Below are positions 38,365 through 47,989 of a DNA stretch of 56,698 nucleotides, one piece after another. The DNA is from an uncultured Armatimonadales bacterium (GTDB taxonomy: Bacteria > Armatimonadota > Armatimonadia > Armatimonadales > Capsulimonadaceae). Location of the stretch: assembly GCA_964249345.1 (NCBI GenBank), contig CAXUBO010000008.1:1-56698 (forward strand), read 5' to 3'. The translations under genes and the position numbers were made by a program. The notes beneath the pieces were generated by a model, which saw only the letters and a program-made list of their open reading frames with translations, had not been told where the DNA came from and ran no database searches. Each line of letters opens with the position of its first letter. Within the stretch, counting starts at the first letter, position 1.

Positions 38365-41300
38365 ATGAGCCAGCCACAGCCTGAACAACCCGGAAGCAAG
38401 GCAGTTGAGTCTGAGCCGCTTCTCGCGCAAAATATCCTCTCCCCCGCCACCATGCGAGCGGAACTCCTCGAAATCGTCAGTCGCGACTTGCTTGGTCCCG
38501 CTGGTGGCCCCGACGAAGAAATTCATGAGCGCAATGTCCGGGACCGGTACGTTGTCGGAATGCTGGCTCCGAAACACCGGGTTCTGGAGCCAGAAGACGA
38601 TGAAGAACTAGCGGAAGGCGGCCCCGGCACTCCCGAGGATGGCCCGACTGATACCGGTACGCTCCAGGCACCAACCATGTTGCCTTCCACGCTGGGCATG
38701 ACATTCTGCGTGGATGGATCGGCACAGGCGCTCACGCTCACCGTCCGCTGGGGCCAGTATGCCCGAACGGAGTCGCAAAGAACCTTCAACCAGAAAACAG
38801 GGCAGCCTGCCCGCGTTTGGAAGAGGCAGCAGATCGAGGCGGTCTCGACGATTCCGCTAGTGCGAGGTCGCTTAAAGCCCTGGATACCGTCCGAACTGCA
38901 CCCTGAAGTTGCCATTCGTGGCATCGCCCGGAAGCGCGACGGCGATCCCGACTGGACCATCAGTGTTTTCTTGGTAAATGCCCAGCAGGAGCCGAAAGAA
39001 AACCGCGACGCCACATGGCTGTTCCAGCCGGAAATCGTAGTAGAAGGCACGGAGGGAGACGCGGTCTTCACCCGGCGAGGCACTCGCCGCACCCAGGGGA
39101 TGATGGACGTTGACGTGTTCGCTGAACTGAAGGGGCTGGAGATGGTCTACCGGCACCATGTCGAGTTCGCGGTCGGGTACGGTGTTTCCGTTCATGCGAA
39201 CACGGCGGATGATCCCACTCGCGCCGTGCGTCTGGCGACCCGAGTTATCCCAGTTCAGGAAACGGCGCGGGCCGTGCCGCCGAGCGCTGTTGATATTCCA
39301 GCACTCGGCGGCCTCGTCTTGGATATGAAGGTCTTGTCAGAAACCGAAGACACAGACTTTCTTGCTGTGCTCGGGCCATTGACAGATGCCTACACGCAGT
39401 GGATCAAAGGGCAAGCGAAACGGGTTGATGAGCCAAATACGGGGTTAGGCGCATACCGTGAATCTGCGGCGGAAGCTATTACAAAGTGTCAGCAGGCACG
39501 GAAGCGTATTCAAGAAGGCATTGATCTTCTGGCAGTAAATCCGCAGGCCGCTGAGGCATTTCGGTTTCTAAACCGTGCCATGTGGCAGCAGCGCGTCCAT
39601 TCGCTCTTTTCGGAGCGGGTGCGCCGGGGCGAGGCGGCAGAACTTGATCAAGTCGACATCCCGCCGAACCGGACCTGGTATCCGTTCCAGTTAGCTTTCA
39701 TTCTGCTCAATCTCCCCGCGATGACCGACCTGAACCACGCCGACCGCAGCGACTCCGTAAACGCCGTTGCTGACCTCTTGTGGTTTCCTACAGGCGGCGG
39801 CAAGAGTGAAGCCTACCTCGGCCTAACGGCGTACACCCTCGGCATCCGCCGCCTGCAGGGAAAAGTGGAAGGGCGATCCGGCGAGTATGGGGTTGCTGTG
39901 CTGATGCGCTACACATTGCGGCTTCTGACCTTGCAGCAATTCCAGCGTGCCACCGCGCTGATCTGCGCCTGCGAGAGTCTGCGGCGCGAGGCCATGCAGG
40001 CCGGAGACACGCGCTGGGGCAAGACGCCGTTCCGAATTGGTCTCTGGGTCGGCAACAAGACCACCCCGAACTCCACGGCTCAAAGTGATGAAGCCGTTCT
40101 GCTCCGACATGAGATGAACAAGCGCACGGGAACCGGTGATCCGGCTCAGCTTACGAACTGTCCCTGGTGCGGTAAGCCTATCGAGGCCGGAAAGAACATC
40201 AGAGTTGATAAAGTGCGCGGCAGGACGCTGATTTTTTGCGGAGACACGCTAGGCCGCTGCCTGTTCTCCGAGCCGAAGTCGCCTGGCGAAGGGCTGCCGG
40301 TCCTCGTGGTGGATGAAGAAATCTACCGTCAGCTTCCCTCGCTTTTGATTGCAACCGTGGACAAATTTGCCCAGATGCCCTGGAACGGCATCACGCAAAT
40401 GCTGTTCGGGAAGGTCAACGGCTACTGTCCTCGGCACGGGTTCCGCTCCCCGGATTTAGAAGACAAGGACTCTCACGTCGCCATTGGAGCCTTTCCTGCT
40501 GCGAGAACAGTGCCGCACGGCCCGCTGCGCCCGCCTGACTTGATTATCCAGGATGAACTACACCTGATCTCCGGGCCGCTCGGAACTTTGGTTGGATTAT
40601 ATGAAACGGCAGTGGATTACCTCTGCACCTGGACAGTCGCCGGTCAGGCCGTTCGCCCAAAGGTCATCGCCTCCACAGCAACCATTCGCAATTCGAGACT
40701 TCAGGTTCTGCAAACCTTCCGCCGCCGGGTAAGCGTATTCCCTCCGCAGGGGCTGGATGTGGAAGATAATTTCTTTTCCATCCAGCATCCGCCGACCGAT
40801 GACCAGCCGGGACGGTTATACATGGGCATCTGTGCACCAGGTAAGAGATTAAAAGCTGTGCTACTGCGCGTTTACCTGGCTCAACTGGCTGCGGGGCAGC
40901 GTCTGTATGAGAAATACGGGGAGCGGGCCGACCCGTGGATGACGCTCGTTGGATATTTCAACTCCATGCGTGAACTCGGCGGAATGCGCCGTCTTGTTGA
41001 TGATGAAATTCGTCTTGGCCTAAGCCGCATTGATCGCCGGGGCTTGCCAACCCGCAAGATCGGCGAACCGGAAGAACTTACGTCCCGCCGCAACTCTGCC
41101 GATATTCCTCTCATCTTGGACCGCATGGAAAAGCCGTTCAGTCCGAACGGGAAAGGTATTCGCCCTATCGACGTGCTGCTCGCGACAAATATGCTTTCAG
41201 TAGGTGTGGATGTGCGTCGTCTTGGTCTTATGGTTGTCGCCAACCAGCCGAAGACGACAGCAGAGTATATTCAAGCAACCAGCCGTGTCGGTCGCACCTT

Positions 41301-41913
41301 CCCTGGCTTAGTCTGCACCGTCATGAACTGGGCGAGGCCGCGAGACCTTTCCCATTACGAGCAGTTCGAGCATTACCATGATACATTTTATCAATATGTG
41401 GAAGCCCTTTCCGTGACACCATTCGCCGAACGTGCCTTAGACCGCGGCCTCGCGGCGCTCCTCGTCGCCAGCATTCGGCTAGAGGCCAGCGATTATAATG
41501 GAAACCTGCGTGCCGCTGATCTTGACCCAAAGAATCCATTAGTAGTCGAAGCAATTGAAGCCATTGCTCGCCGTGCTGGCGAGGTTGGTTCTCAGGAAAC
41601 AGAGGCGCGAGTACGCGCAGACCTGGCAGCACTGATTGATTTTTGGCGGGCACGAGCACAGAAAACGAGTGGCGGCGCACGCCTTGGCTACATGGAAAAG
41701 AAGGACGGACAGACACTTGGCTTACTCCAGGCAACAGATGCGGGGCCATGGCAAGACTTTACGTGCCTCAATTCCCTGCGGGACGTGGAGCCGATGGTGA
41801 ATCTTGTGCTGGATAATCATGGTCTGGACGACGGTGATCCGATTGCCGCGGTAATGGCAGGTGCACCTGAACCAGATGCCGAAGATGCGGAAGACGAAGG
41901 CGGTGAAGCATGA
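38365..41913 (+). CDS. drmA: DISARM helicase
   Basis: Start at ATG 38365 (MSQPQPEQ), after the upstream stop. LLWFPTGGGKSEAYLGL (Walker A), LIIQDELHLISGPLG (DExH), TTAEYIQATSRVGR (motif VI). Context. Confidence 0.85.
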   Translation: MSQPQPEQPGSKAVESEPLLAQNILSPATMRAELLEIVSRDLLGPAGGPDEEIHERNVRDRYVVGMLAPKHRVLEPEDDEELAEGGPGTPEDGPTDTGTLQAPTMLPSTLGMTFCVDGSAQALTLTVRWGQYARTESQRTFNQKTGQPARVWKRQQIEAVSTIPLVRGRLKPWIPSELHPEVAIRGIARKRDGDPDWTISVFLVNAQQEPKENRDATWLFQPEIVVEGTEGDAVFTRRGTRRTQGMMDVDVFAELKGLEMVYRHHVEFAVGYGVSVHANTADDPTRAVRLATRVIPVQETARAVPPSAVDIPALGGLVLDMKVLSETEDTDFLAVLGPLTDAYTQWIKGQAKRVDEPNTGLGAYRESAAEAITKCQQARKRIQEGIDLLAVNPQAAEAFRFLNRAMWQQRVHSLFSERVRRGEAAELDQVDIPPNRTWYPFQLAFILLNLPAMTDLNHADRSDSVNAVADLLWFPTGGGKSEAYLGLTAYTLGIRRLQGKVEGRSGEYGVAVLMRYTLRLLTLQQFQRATALICACESLRREAMQAGDTRWGKTPFRIGLWVGNKTTPNSTAQSDEAVLLRHEMNKRTGTGDPAQLTNCPWCGKPIEAGKNIRVDKVRGRTLIFCGDTLGRCLFSEPKSPGEGLPVLVVDEEIYRQLPSLLIATVDKFAQMPWNGITQMLFGKVNGYCPRHGFRSPDLEDKDSHVAIGAFPAARTVPHGPLRPPDLIIQDELHLISGPLGTLVGLYETAVDYLCTWTVAGQAVRPKVIASTATIRNSRLQVLQTFRRRVSVFPPQGLDVEDNFFSIQHPPTDDQPGRLYMGICAPGKRLKAVLLRVYLAQLAAGQRLYEKYGERADPWMTLVGYFNSMRELGGMRRLVDDEIRLGLSRIDRRGLPTRKIGEPEELTSRRNSADIPLILDRMEKPFSPNGKGIRPIDVLLATNMLSVGVDVRRLGLMVVANQPKTTAEYIQATSRVGRTFPGLVCTVMNWARPRDLSHYEQFEHYHDTFYQYVEALSVTPFAERALDRGLAALLVASIRLEASDYNGNLRAADLDPKNPLVVEAIEAIARRAGEVGSQETEARVRADLAALIDFWRARAQKTSGGARLGYMEKKDGQTLGLLQATDAGPWQDFTCLNSLRDVEPMVNLVLDNHGLDDGDPIAAVMAGAPEPDAEDAEDEGGEA

Positions 41914-43847
41914 AAAACGCAGGATGGAACCGAACGAACAAGAGTAAGTACCAAGGCACCTCATACTCCGCCGGTAATGTTTTTGAGAAGACGACGGTGG
42001 GTGAACTGCGCCCCAGTCAGATGTTATACACTTTTGGTGTTGGGGCTATCGTTGACCTCCCGAAGATCGCCGCGATGGTGATGGGCCTCGATGATTGGGA
42101 CCTCGCTTATTGTGTGCCTATCGAAGAAGACCGGCTTCTGGCTGCAGTCCGCTTGACGGTTGGGGATCAAGTGCAATCACTTCGAATGCCGCCACTGAAA
42201 CCGGAAACCGGTCCTCCAGGGTCGGTGAGCGAAAACTCACATATCGGCGTGCCAGTTGCGGCGTTCCCGCGCTGGATGGTTTGTCCTGTTTGTCGTCTGC
42301 TTTCATCTATTGGCTCTGGCTTATTTGAACTTCGGCCCAATTTGTTCCGCACGGAACGGACGTGTTACGTTCATGCGAACTGTCCAAGGCCGGGAAAGCC
42401 CCCCGAAGTGCTGCCAGTTCGGTTTCTGCTTGCCTGCAAGAACGGCCACCTCGACGATTTCCCTTGGCGGTGGTTCTGCCATGAAGGCCCGACGGAGTGC
42501 AAAGGTGCGCTTCGTCTTACAGATGTTGGGATTTCGGGTGAAGCGGCTGACATCATCGTGAAATGCGACGCCTGCTCGGCAAACCGCCGCCTATCGCACG
42601 CTTTCGGTGAAGATGCTTGGCAGAGTCTCCCACCGCAATGTTCAGGAAGGCGACCGCACCTGCGCGACTCCGACCCGGAACTCTGCGAGGAGCAAGTCAA
42701 ATGTATTTTGCTTGGAGCGTCTAATGCGTGGTTTCCGCTTACACTCTCCACCCTTTATCTTCCGGCGGCTGCCGACCCTCTCGGTCAGCTTGTTGATGAG
42801 TATTGGGCATCGCTTATGCCCATCACCGGTAAAAGCGTCTTAGACGCCTTTAAGGGTTTGCCAATGATGGCTGCCACGCTGGCCGCCTTCAGCCTTTACA
42901 GTGATGATGAGTTTCTTGCAGCAATCGAAGCGAAACGCAATCAGAGTTCGAGTACCAATAATCTTGAGGTGGCGGACATCAAGACGCCGGAATGGCGAAT
43001 GCTCTGTGAAGCCCATCCCGCCAAGAACGGCAGGGATTTTTTCCTAAGCCGTCATGATGCTCCTGAGGGTTACGAGAATCTGTTTGATCAGACCGTGCTT
43101 GTAGAAAGGCTCCGGGAAGTGAAAGCACTTGTCGGGTTCACACGGATTGAGTCGCCGGGAGAGTTCTCTGATGCCGATGAATTACCCGAAGAGCAGCGTG
43201 CTCCACTTTCCCGCAAGCCCCCGCTTTGGGTACCTGCTTCAGAAGTGCGGGGTGAAGGCATCTTCCTTAAGTTCAACGCGGCAGCCATTAGCACATGGGC
43301 CGCTCGGGCTGCGGTGCAGCAGCGTGGTGCAGCTTTTTTCAATACATATCAACAATGGCGGGCGGCACGAGGTCTTCCCGCAGACATTCATTTCCCTGGT
43401 ATGGGTTATATTCTGCTTCACTCATTCTCTCATGCTTTGATGCGCCAGCTTGTTCTGGAATGCGGCTACACCGCGGCAAGTATCCGAGAGCGTCTTTACT
43501 GGTCACCATCAGGAGCGGAAACAGAGCCGATGGCAGGCGTGCTGCTTTACACTGCCGCGCCAGATAGTGAAGGGACGCTTGGTGGTTTAGTCAGTCTTGG
43601 CAAGCCTAAAGTCCTAGGACGGCACATCGCGCAGGCGATGGAAATGATGCGGCTGTGCGCTTCTGATCCGCTTTGTGCAGAGCACGCGCCGCCGTCAGAC
43701 GGCGCGACACTGCACGGTGCATCCTGTCATGCCTGCCTCTTTGGGCCGGAGACTTCTTGCGAGCGGAGCAACAAGTTCTTGGACCGATCCGTTTTAGTAG
43801 CGACATTGGAAAATTCTGATCTTAGCTTCTTCCCGGAGAGGGATTGA
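41910..43847 (+). CDS. drmB: DISARM DUF1998-domain protein
   Basis: ATGA overlap with drmA. Cys-rich CPVCRLL, LACKNGHLDDFPWRWFCH and the C-terminal DUF1998 signature HGASCHACLFGPETSCERSNKFLDRS. Confidence 0.85.
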   Translation: MKNAGWNRTNKSKYQGTSYSAGNVFEKTTVGELRPSQMLYTFGVGAIVDLPKIAAMVMGLDDWDLAYCVPIEEDRLLAAVRLTVGDQVQSLRMPPLKPETGPPGSVSENSHIGVPVAAFPRWMVCPVCRLLSSIGSGLFELRPNLFRTERTCYVHANCPRPGKPPEVLPVRFLLACKNGHLDDFPWRWFCHEGPTECKGALRLTDVGISGEAADIIVKCDACSANRRLSHAFGEDAWQSLPPQCSGRRPHLRDSDPELCEEQVKCILLGASNAWFPLTLSTLYLPAAADPLGQLVDEYWASLMPITGKSVLDAFKGLPMMAATLAAFSLYSDDEFLAAIEAKRNQSSSTNNLEVADIKTPEWRMLCEAHPAKNGRDFFLSRHDAPEGYENLFDQTVLVERLREVKALVGFTRIESPGEFSDADELPEEQRAPLSRKPPLWVPASEVRGEGIFLKFNAAAISTWAARAAVQQRGAAFFNTYQQWRAARGLPADIHFPGMGYILLHSFSHALMRQLVLECGYTAASIRERLYWSPSGAETEPMAGVLLYTAAPDSEGTLGGLVSLGKPKVLGRHIAQAMEMMRLCASDPLCAEHAPPSDGATLHGASCHACLFGPETSCERSNKFLDRSVLVATLENSDLSFFPERD

Positions 43848-43850
43848 CCA

Positions 43851-44645
43851 ATGCCCAGCCTCGATCCTCTCCTGGATGCAGTGCAGCAAGTCGTACAGTC
43901 CGTGCCTGCCTCGGGGATCGACTCGCTTTGCGACGCTCTTCGCAATCATCCTGACGTGAAAACGAACAGCCAGGTGCTGGTTCAAAGTGTGACGTTGCCC
44001 AATCATCGCACGGCTGTTATCAATCTTTTTGCCCGATGGCAGAAGAATTTTGCAGATGTTGCGCCAGCGTCCCTGGCTCTAGCAATTCGAACCGCAGCTT
44101 ATTGTCATCAAAAACACTTCGGTAGTGCTTCTGAGGCTCTGATCTGGACCGGTCCACCTGTCCCCGGCCTGCACGTACGGCGGATCGATCAGGCCCTGTT
44201 AGAAGTAATTGACACCGCGCAGAAGGAGTTACTGCTCGTCACCTTTGCTGCCTACAAAGTCCCGATCATTATTGAGGCATTAACTTCAGCGTTGCAAAGA
44301 GGGGTAACAATCCGATTTGTCGCAGAAACAGTTGAGAGCAGCCAAGGCAAAGTGAGTTTCGATGCGACCAAGTTCTTAGGCCCCGAATTGGCTCCTAAAA
44401 TACAAGTCTTCGTATGGCCTCTCGCAAAAAGGACAGTCGAAGCGGCAGGTAAACATGGCTCGCTTCACGCGAAATGTGCGGTCGCCGACCGAAGAATGCT
44501 GTTGATGTCTAGCGCTAATCTGACGGGTTATGCTTTGGACCTTAACATAGAGATGGGAGTTTTAGTAACTGGGGGTAATCTCCCAGGCCGGGTCGTGGAC
44601 GTGTTCACCTACTTGATTCGGAACCAGACGCTCTCACCAGAATAA
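43851..44645 (+). CDS. drmC: DISARM phospholipase-D-family (HKD) nuclease
   Basis: Single HKD motif GSLHAKCAVADRRMLLMSSANLT. Starts 3 nt after the drmB stop. Confidence 0.85.
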   Translation: MPSLDPLLDAVQQVVQSVPASGIDSLCDALRNHPDVKTNSQVLVQSVTLPNHRTAVINLFARWQKNFADVAPASLALAIRTAAYCHQKHFGSASEALIWTGPPVPGLHVRRIDQALLEVIDTAQKELLLVTFAAYKVPIIIEALTSALQRGVTIRFVAETVESSQGKVSFDATKFLGPELAPKIQVFVWPLAKRTVEAAGKHGSLHAKCAVADRRMLLMSSANLTGYALDLNIEMGVLVTGGNLPGRVVDVFTYLIRNQTLSPE

Positions 44646-44950
44646 GGCGATGCTGGATTACAAGCCTCACGCGGCGTTTAGAATACCCAATTGATTGGTG
44701 TTTGGACCGACGGTGCATTTTGGGCAGCGCTCCGATGACGAAAAGATCGATTCTGATGCGGCTATGGAAACAAAAGCTGCCGAGAATGCCGGCGGGGAGT
44801 AGTTCGAGTAAAAGCATCGGACTTTCTTGAGAACACGCGACACTCAACAGAAGCAGTGCCACTCTCGCGGAACTGCCCGCCGGCGCAGTGAGCATCAGCG
44901 GGCGTATTCTTCTAGTATCTTTGGAAAGAAACTGGTACCGCGCCGCAGGG

Positions 44951-45277
44951 TCACCCCTTCTTCTCCGGGCGCGTGTCAGCGATGTCACCCTCCAGCAGCC
45001 AGGAAGCGCCGCAGTGTAGCACCGCAGCCAAAGCAATTACCTCTAAATCCGTGACCGCACGGCGGCGAGCCTCAATGTGCTGGACTTGCTGCCGCGATGG
45101 GTTCCATTCCCCCCGCGTTTTCTCGACAAGCCGGGCGTGAACCTGATCAACCGTTAGGCCCATAGCCAAGCGTCGCTCCCGGACGCGCTCGCCGACCACA
45201 TTGCGCTGCCCGGCCTGGGTGCCAAGCCGCCGACCGAGTTCATGTGTTCCGCCCTCATTCGCACCAATTTCTTCCAC
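44951..45277 (-). CDS. XRE-family HTH regulator (108 aa)
   Basis: VGERVRERRLAMGLTVDQVHARL...QQVQHIEARRRAVTDLEVIALAAVLHCGASWLLEG. Confidence 0.7.
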   Translation of the reverse strand: MEEIGANEGGTHELGRRLGTQAGQRNVVGERVRERRLAMGLTVDQVHARLVEKTRGEWNPSRQQVQHIEARRRAVTDLEVIALAAVLHCGASWLLEGDIADTRPEKKG

Positions 45278-45309
45278 TTAACATTAGTGTAAGGCATCGG
45301 CTGCGCTAC

Positions 45310-45339
45310 TTGTATTAACGTGTTAATATGAAGTATAAT
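45310..45339 (+). promoter_or_regulatory. Promoter-like element with embedded palindromic operator in the XRE / membrane-cluster divergent region
   Basis: TTGTAT (45310-45315), an 18-nt spacer, then TATAAT (45334-45339). A perfect inverted repeat ATTAAC-GT-GTTAAT (45314-45327) lies inside the spacer. Confidence 0.35.
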
Positions 45340-45385
45340 GTGATTGCCTGTTTACCCTGAATGTGATGCCTAAGGGCGTGAATGA

Positions 45386-45946
45386 TTGTCTCATTCCGTT
45401 CCGGTGGCTTACGTCAGCAGGCAACTAAGATCAAGCCAAGGATCGTCCATCGTGAACTGCCCCCAATGTTTATCCCCGCTGAACGACACCCAAGCTGCCT
45501 TCTGTGCCAAGTGCGGCAGCCGACTGCCGCTACCAGTGGCTCGGCCAGTTATCCCGGTTGCCGCCCAGATGCCAAGTCCCGGTGCTGGCAGGCTGCCGCC
45601 CCCCGCTGCCGCAAGCAATCGGCTCGTAGCCGGGGACGATGGCTGGTCCGTGGTAGAAGCCCCGCGGCGGCGTTCCCTAAAGATCGTCGCCGCCGCCCTG
45701 GTGGGGGCGGTGGTGCTTGCCTGGGTGATGGGCGTCACCCTCTACCTGGGGGCATTGCCTGGAGAAATAAACTTCTATGTAGACCACGAGATTGCCACTC
45801 AGGTCCGCGGCCAATCCGGGGGATACGCCGACATCCTCAACCAGACCCTCAACCAGATTTTCATCGCGACGTGGGGATGGGCATTCTTCGGCCTGGTGCT
45901 GGGCGCGGGCGCAGGCTGGTATTTGACGCGACCCAAGACGCGGTAG
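45386..45946 (+). CDS. Zinc-ribbon membrane protein
   Basis: CPQCLSPLNDTQAAFCAKCG ribbon, a Pro-rich linker, then two TM helices (IVAAALVGAVVLAWVMGVTLYLG; WGWAFFGLVLGAGAGWYL). A GTG at 45452 (MNCPQC...) is a plausible alternative start. Confidence 0.55.
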   Translation: MSHSVPVAYVSRQLRSSQGSSIVNCPQCLSPLNDTQAAFCAKCGSRLPLPVARPVIPVAAQMPSPGAGRLPPPAAASNRLVAGDDGWSVVEAPRRRSLKIVAAALVGAVVLAWVMGVTLYLGALPGEINFYVDHEIATQVRGQSGGYADILNQTLNQIFIATWGWAFFGLVLGAGAGWYLTRPKTR

Positions 45947-46041
45947 ACGGCGGAAGATGCCACGAGTACGCCATCTTCCGGTCTCAAATTGTCCCTACAC
46001 GCCGCGTCTCACACTTACCGGGGGCCAAACGGAGAAATAAG

Positions 46042-46341
46042 ATGAACCGAGCAGCCAAAATTACCAGCGCCGTCGTTGTCATTATCAGCCTCGTGATATT
46101 TTTATTCTGCCTGTCTTGGCAAAGGTACGTCAGCGCCCAAGTTGCGGCCCGAGCGGAACAGAAACAGGCCGCTTACATTGCAAGATGGCTCCCTGTGGCG
46201 GTTCAGGCACAACACGAAAACCGCACGGGGCAGCAAGTCATAGATAACTGCCTGCAATATGGCGGCCTCTCGGCAGCGAACAAGACAGTCATAGAACAGC
46301 AATATCAGGCCGCAATCGCGCAGCCTCAGCCTGCACGCTAG
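46042..46341 (+). CDS. Small single-pass membrane protein (99 aa)
   Basis: GGAGAAATAAG then ATG at 46042. TM helix ITSAVVVIISLVIFLFCL. Corresponds only to the C-terminal part of ORF 45382-46341. Confidence 0.45.
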   Translation: MNRAAKITSAVVVIISLVIFLFCLSWQRYVSAQVAARAEQKQAAYIARWLPVAVQAQHENRTGQQVIDNCLQYGGLSAANKTVIEQQYQAAIAQPQPAR

Positions 46342-46501
46342 GAGTACGCGCTATCAGGCTCCCAGGCTCCCCTCAGTGTGCTCATCGGGGGCGTCCCCTC
46401 CTGCCGCACAGCAAGAGTCCTGCACCTGGCACCAGGACACGACCTGTACCTGCGTTCGAAGGACGCGTTCATCCGGCTACGCGATCACGAAGCGAAAATG
46501 G

Positions 46502-46870
46502 ATGCGAGAACCACCGGAGGCGTTTAACGCTGATGCAGCCGTACAAGCGAATGCTCCGGGAACCACTCGTCAGAATAAGAAGGAAGTACTATTGAAGACG
46601 GCCATCGCTAACATTTGGCAAAAGCTCTGGGGCAAGGTGTTCTTCGCTGCCATCTACTCAGCGGCCTCAGTCCTGCTGTACTTCGCCCTTGCCGAAATTG
46701 CTTACGGCCTCTGGGGTTCCACCATCATCCCGAGCATCGGGCAAGCCCCGGTTCAGGTGGGAACCAAGCCGATAGACCCCGCAGAAATGCAGCGCCTGTG
46801 GCAGAACACCCCGTACACGGGGCCGGGGTCGCCACAATACCAGCCGCCCGCATCGGGTACGTCCCACTGA
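46502..46870 (+). CDS. Small single-pass membrane protein (about 122 aa)
   Basis: TM helix VFFAAIYSAASVLLYFALAEIAYGLWG. The start is uncertain; ATG 46502 was chosen within ORF 46376-46870. Confidence 0.4.
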   Translation: MREPPEAFNADAAVQANAPGTTRQNKKEVLLKTAIANIWQKLWGKVFFAAIYSAASVLLYFALAEIAYGLWGSTIIPSIGQAPVQVGTKPIDPAEMQRLWQNTPYTGPGSPQYQPPASGTSH

Positions 46871-46898
46871 CAAGAGCGACTCCAGAAAGGAACACATC

Positions 46899-47516
46899 AT
46901 GGGTTTCATCTTGGGCGTCCTGATCTTAGGCGCACTTCTCTCCGTAATCTTCGGCAAAACCGTCGGCCAGCTATTTGTTCTCGGTACGGGCACCATCGTC
47001 ATGCTTTTCTTTGGCGTGCTGCTTGTTTTACTCTCACCGCTCATCTGGGGGTTTTTCACCAGCAAACCAACTCCGAATAGCTCTTACAGCTACCAGCCGA
47101 CACCCGCCTACGGTTCAAATACAACGAGTCAGACCTACGCGCCCGTCACCCAAACGCCAGCGGCCTCTTACCAAGCCTCCTCTCCACCGCCCGCGACAGG
47201 CACCGGTCCAAGGCTTGGGGTTGACATTGTTGACAACCCGCCGAACAGCTTTCAGTACATCGCCTACCTCCACCCGCCAGTAGGCACGGGCGCGTGGATC
47301 AGAGTGCATACTGGTAGTCCCGCGGAGGCCGCGGGGCTGCGGAGCTACGACTTAATTCTCTCGGCGGGAACTCAGAGCCAGCAGGCTGCCTGGATTATGC
47401 CAACAAATCAACTCCCGGATTACTTAGACCGCGTCGGCTACAACGTTCCGGTGAGGCTGCACATCTACCGGGCTGCCGAACAGCGAGACTTTTGGGTGTG
47501 GGTGTACCCGAAGTGA
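46899..47516 (+). CDS. Membrane protein with C-terminal PDZ-like domain
   Basis: Two N-terminal TM helices, a Ser/Thr/Pro/Tyr-rich linker, then GAWIRVHTGSPAEAAGLRSYDLILSAG (PDZ carboxylate-loop-like). Confidence 0.5.
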   Translation: MGFILGVLILGALLSVIFGKTVGQLFVLGTGTIVMLFFGVLLVLLSPLIWGFFTSKPTPNSSYSYQPTPAYGSNTTSQTYAPVTQTPAASYQASSPPPATGTGPRLGVDIVDNPPNSFQYIAYLHPPVGTGAWIRVHTGSPAEAAGLRSYDLILSAGTQSQQAAWIMPTNQLPDYLDRVGYNVPVRLHIYRAAEQRDFWVWVYPK

Positions 47517-47563
47517 CGGGTGATACTTCGCCCGAAGGCGCGGTCAGGTAACTCGTTATGGAC

Positions 47564-47878
47564 TTACTGATTGGTGTTGTCTCGCTGGCCGGCGCGGGTA
47601 CGGGTAATTTCCCTGAAGTTCTCTAGCCCCGCTGGTTGCGAACTCGATCTTGTGGAGCTATGTGAAAATACACAGTGGCCGTCGGGCTGGCAGATAGTTC
47701 GCGCCTCTGGCCGGTAGCGAAGGTCTCTCGTTAAATCCGTGATCTTCTGCACTGACGACGAGCAACAATCGGGCAGACGCCGTACTCGCCAACGGTTCAT
47801 GTCGGGGGTGGGGGCATCTGATTTTTCCCAATATGGGAACCCGCTTGGGTAATTCCCATTAGAGATGTTATTTGTCAT
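47564..47878 (-). CDS. Hypothetical protein (104 aa)
   Basis: ORF track only; no motif. Confidence 0.25.
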   Translation of the reverse strand: MTNNISNGNYPSGFPYWEKSDAPTPDMNRWRVRRLPDCCSSSVQKITDLTRDLRYRPEARTICQPDGHCVFSHSSTRSSSQPAGLENFREITRTRAGQRDNTNQ

Positions 47879-47989
47879 ACGGTCAGCCCCGCAAAATTTT
47901 ATAAATTTTTGTGCTGGAAGAAGGGCCTTTGCCCCGCTCGAAGTTGTGACACATATAAGTATATAGTTTTAGGGTTCAAGTACATAGCC

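Noticed and set aside
45382-46041. N-terminal 220 aa of ORF 45382-46341
   Set aside because: It overlaps the zinc-ribbon membrane gene out of frame and is Arg/Pro/Gly-rich. Only the part after the RBS-supported ATG at 46042 looks genuine.
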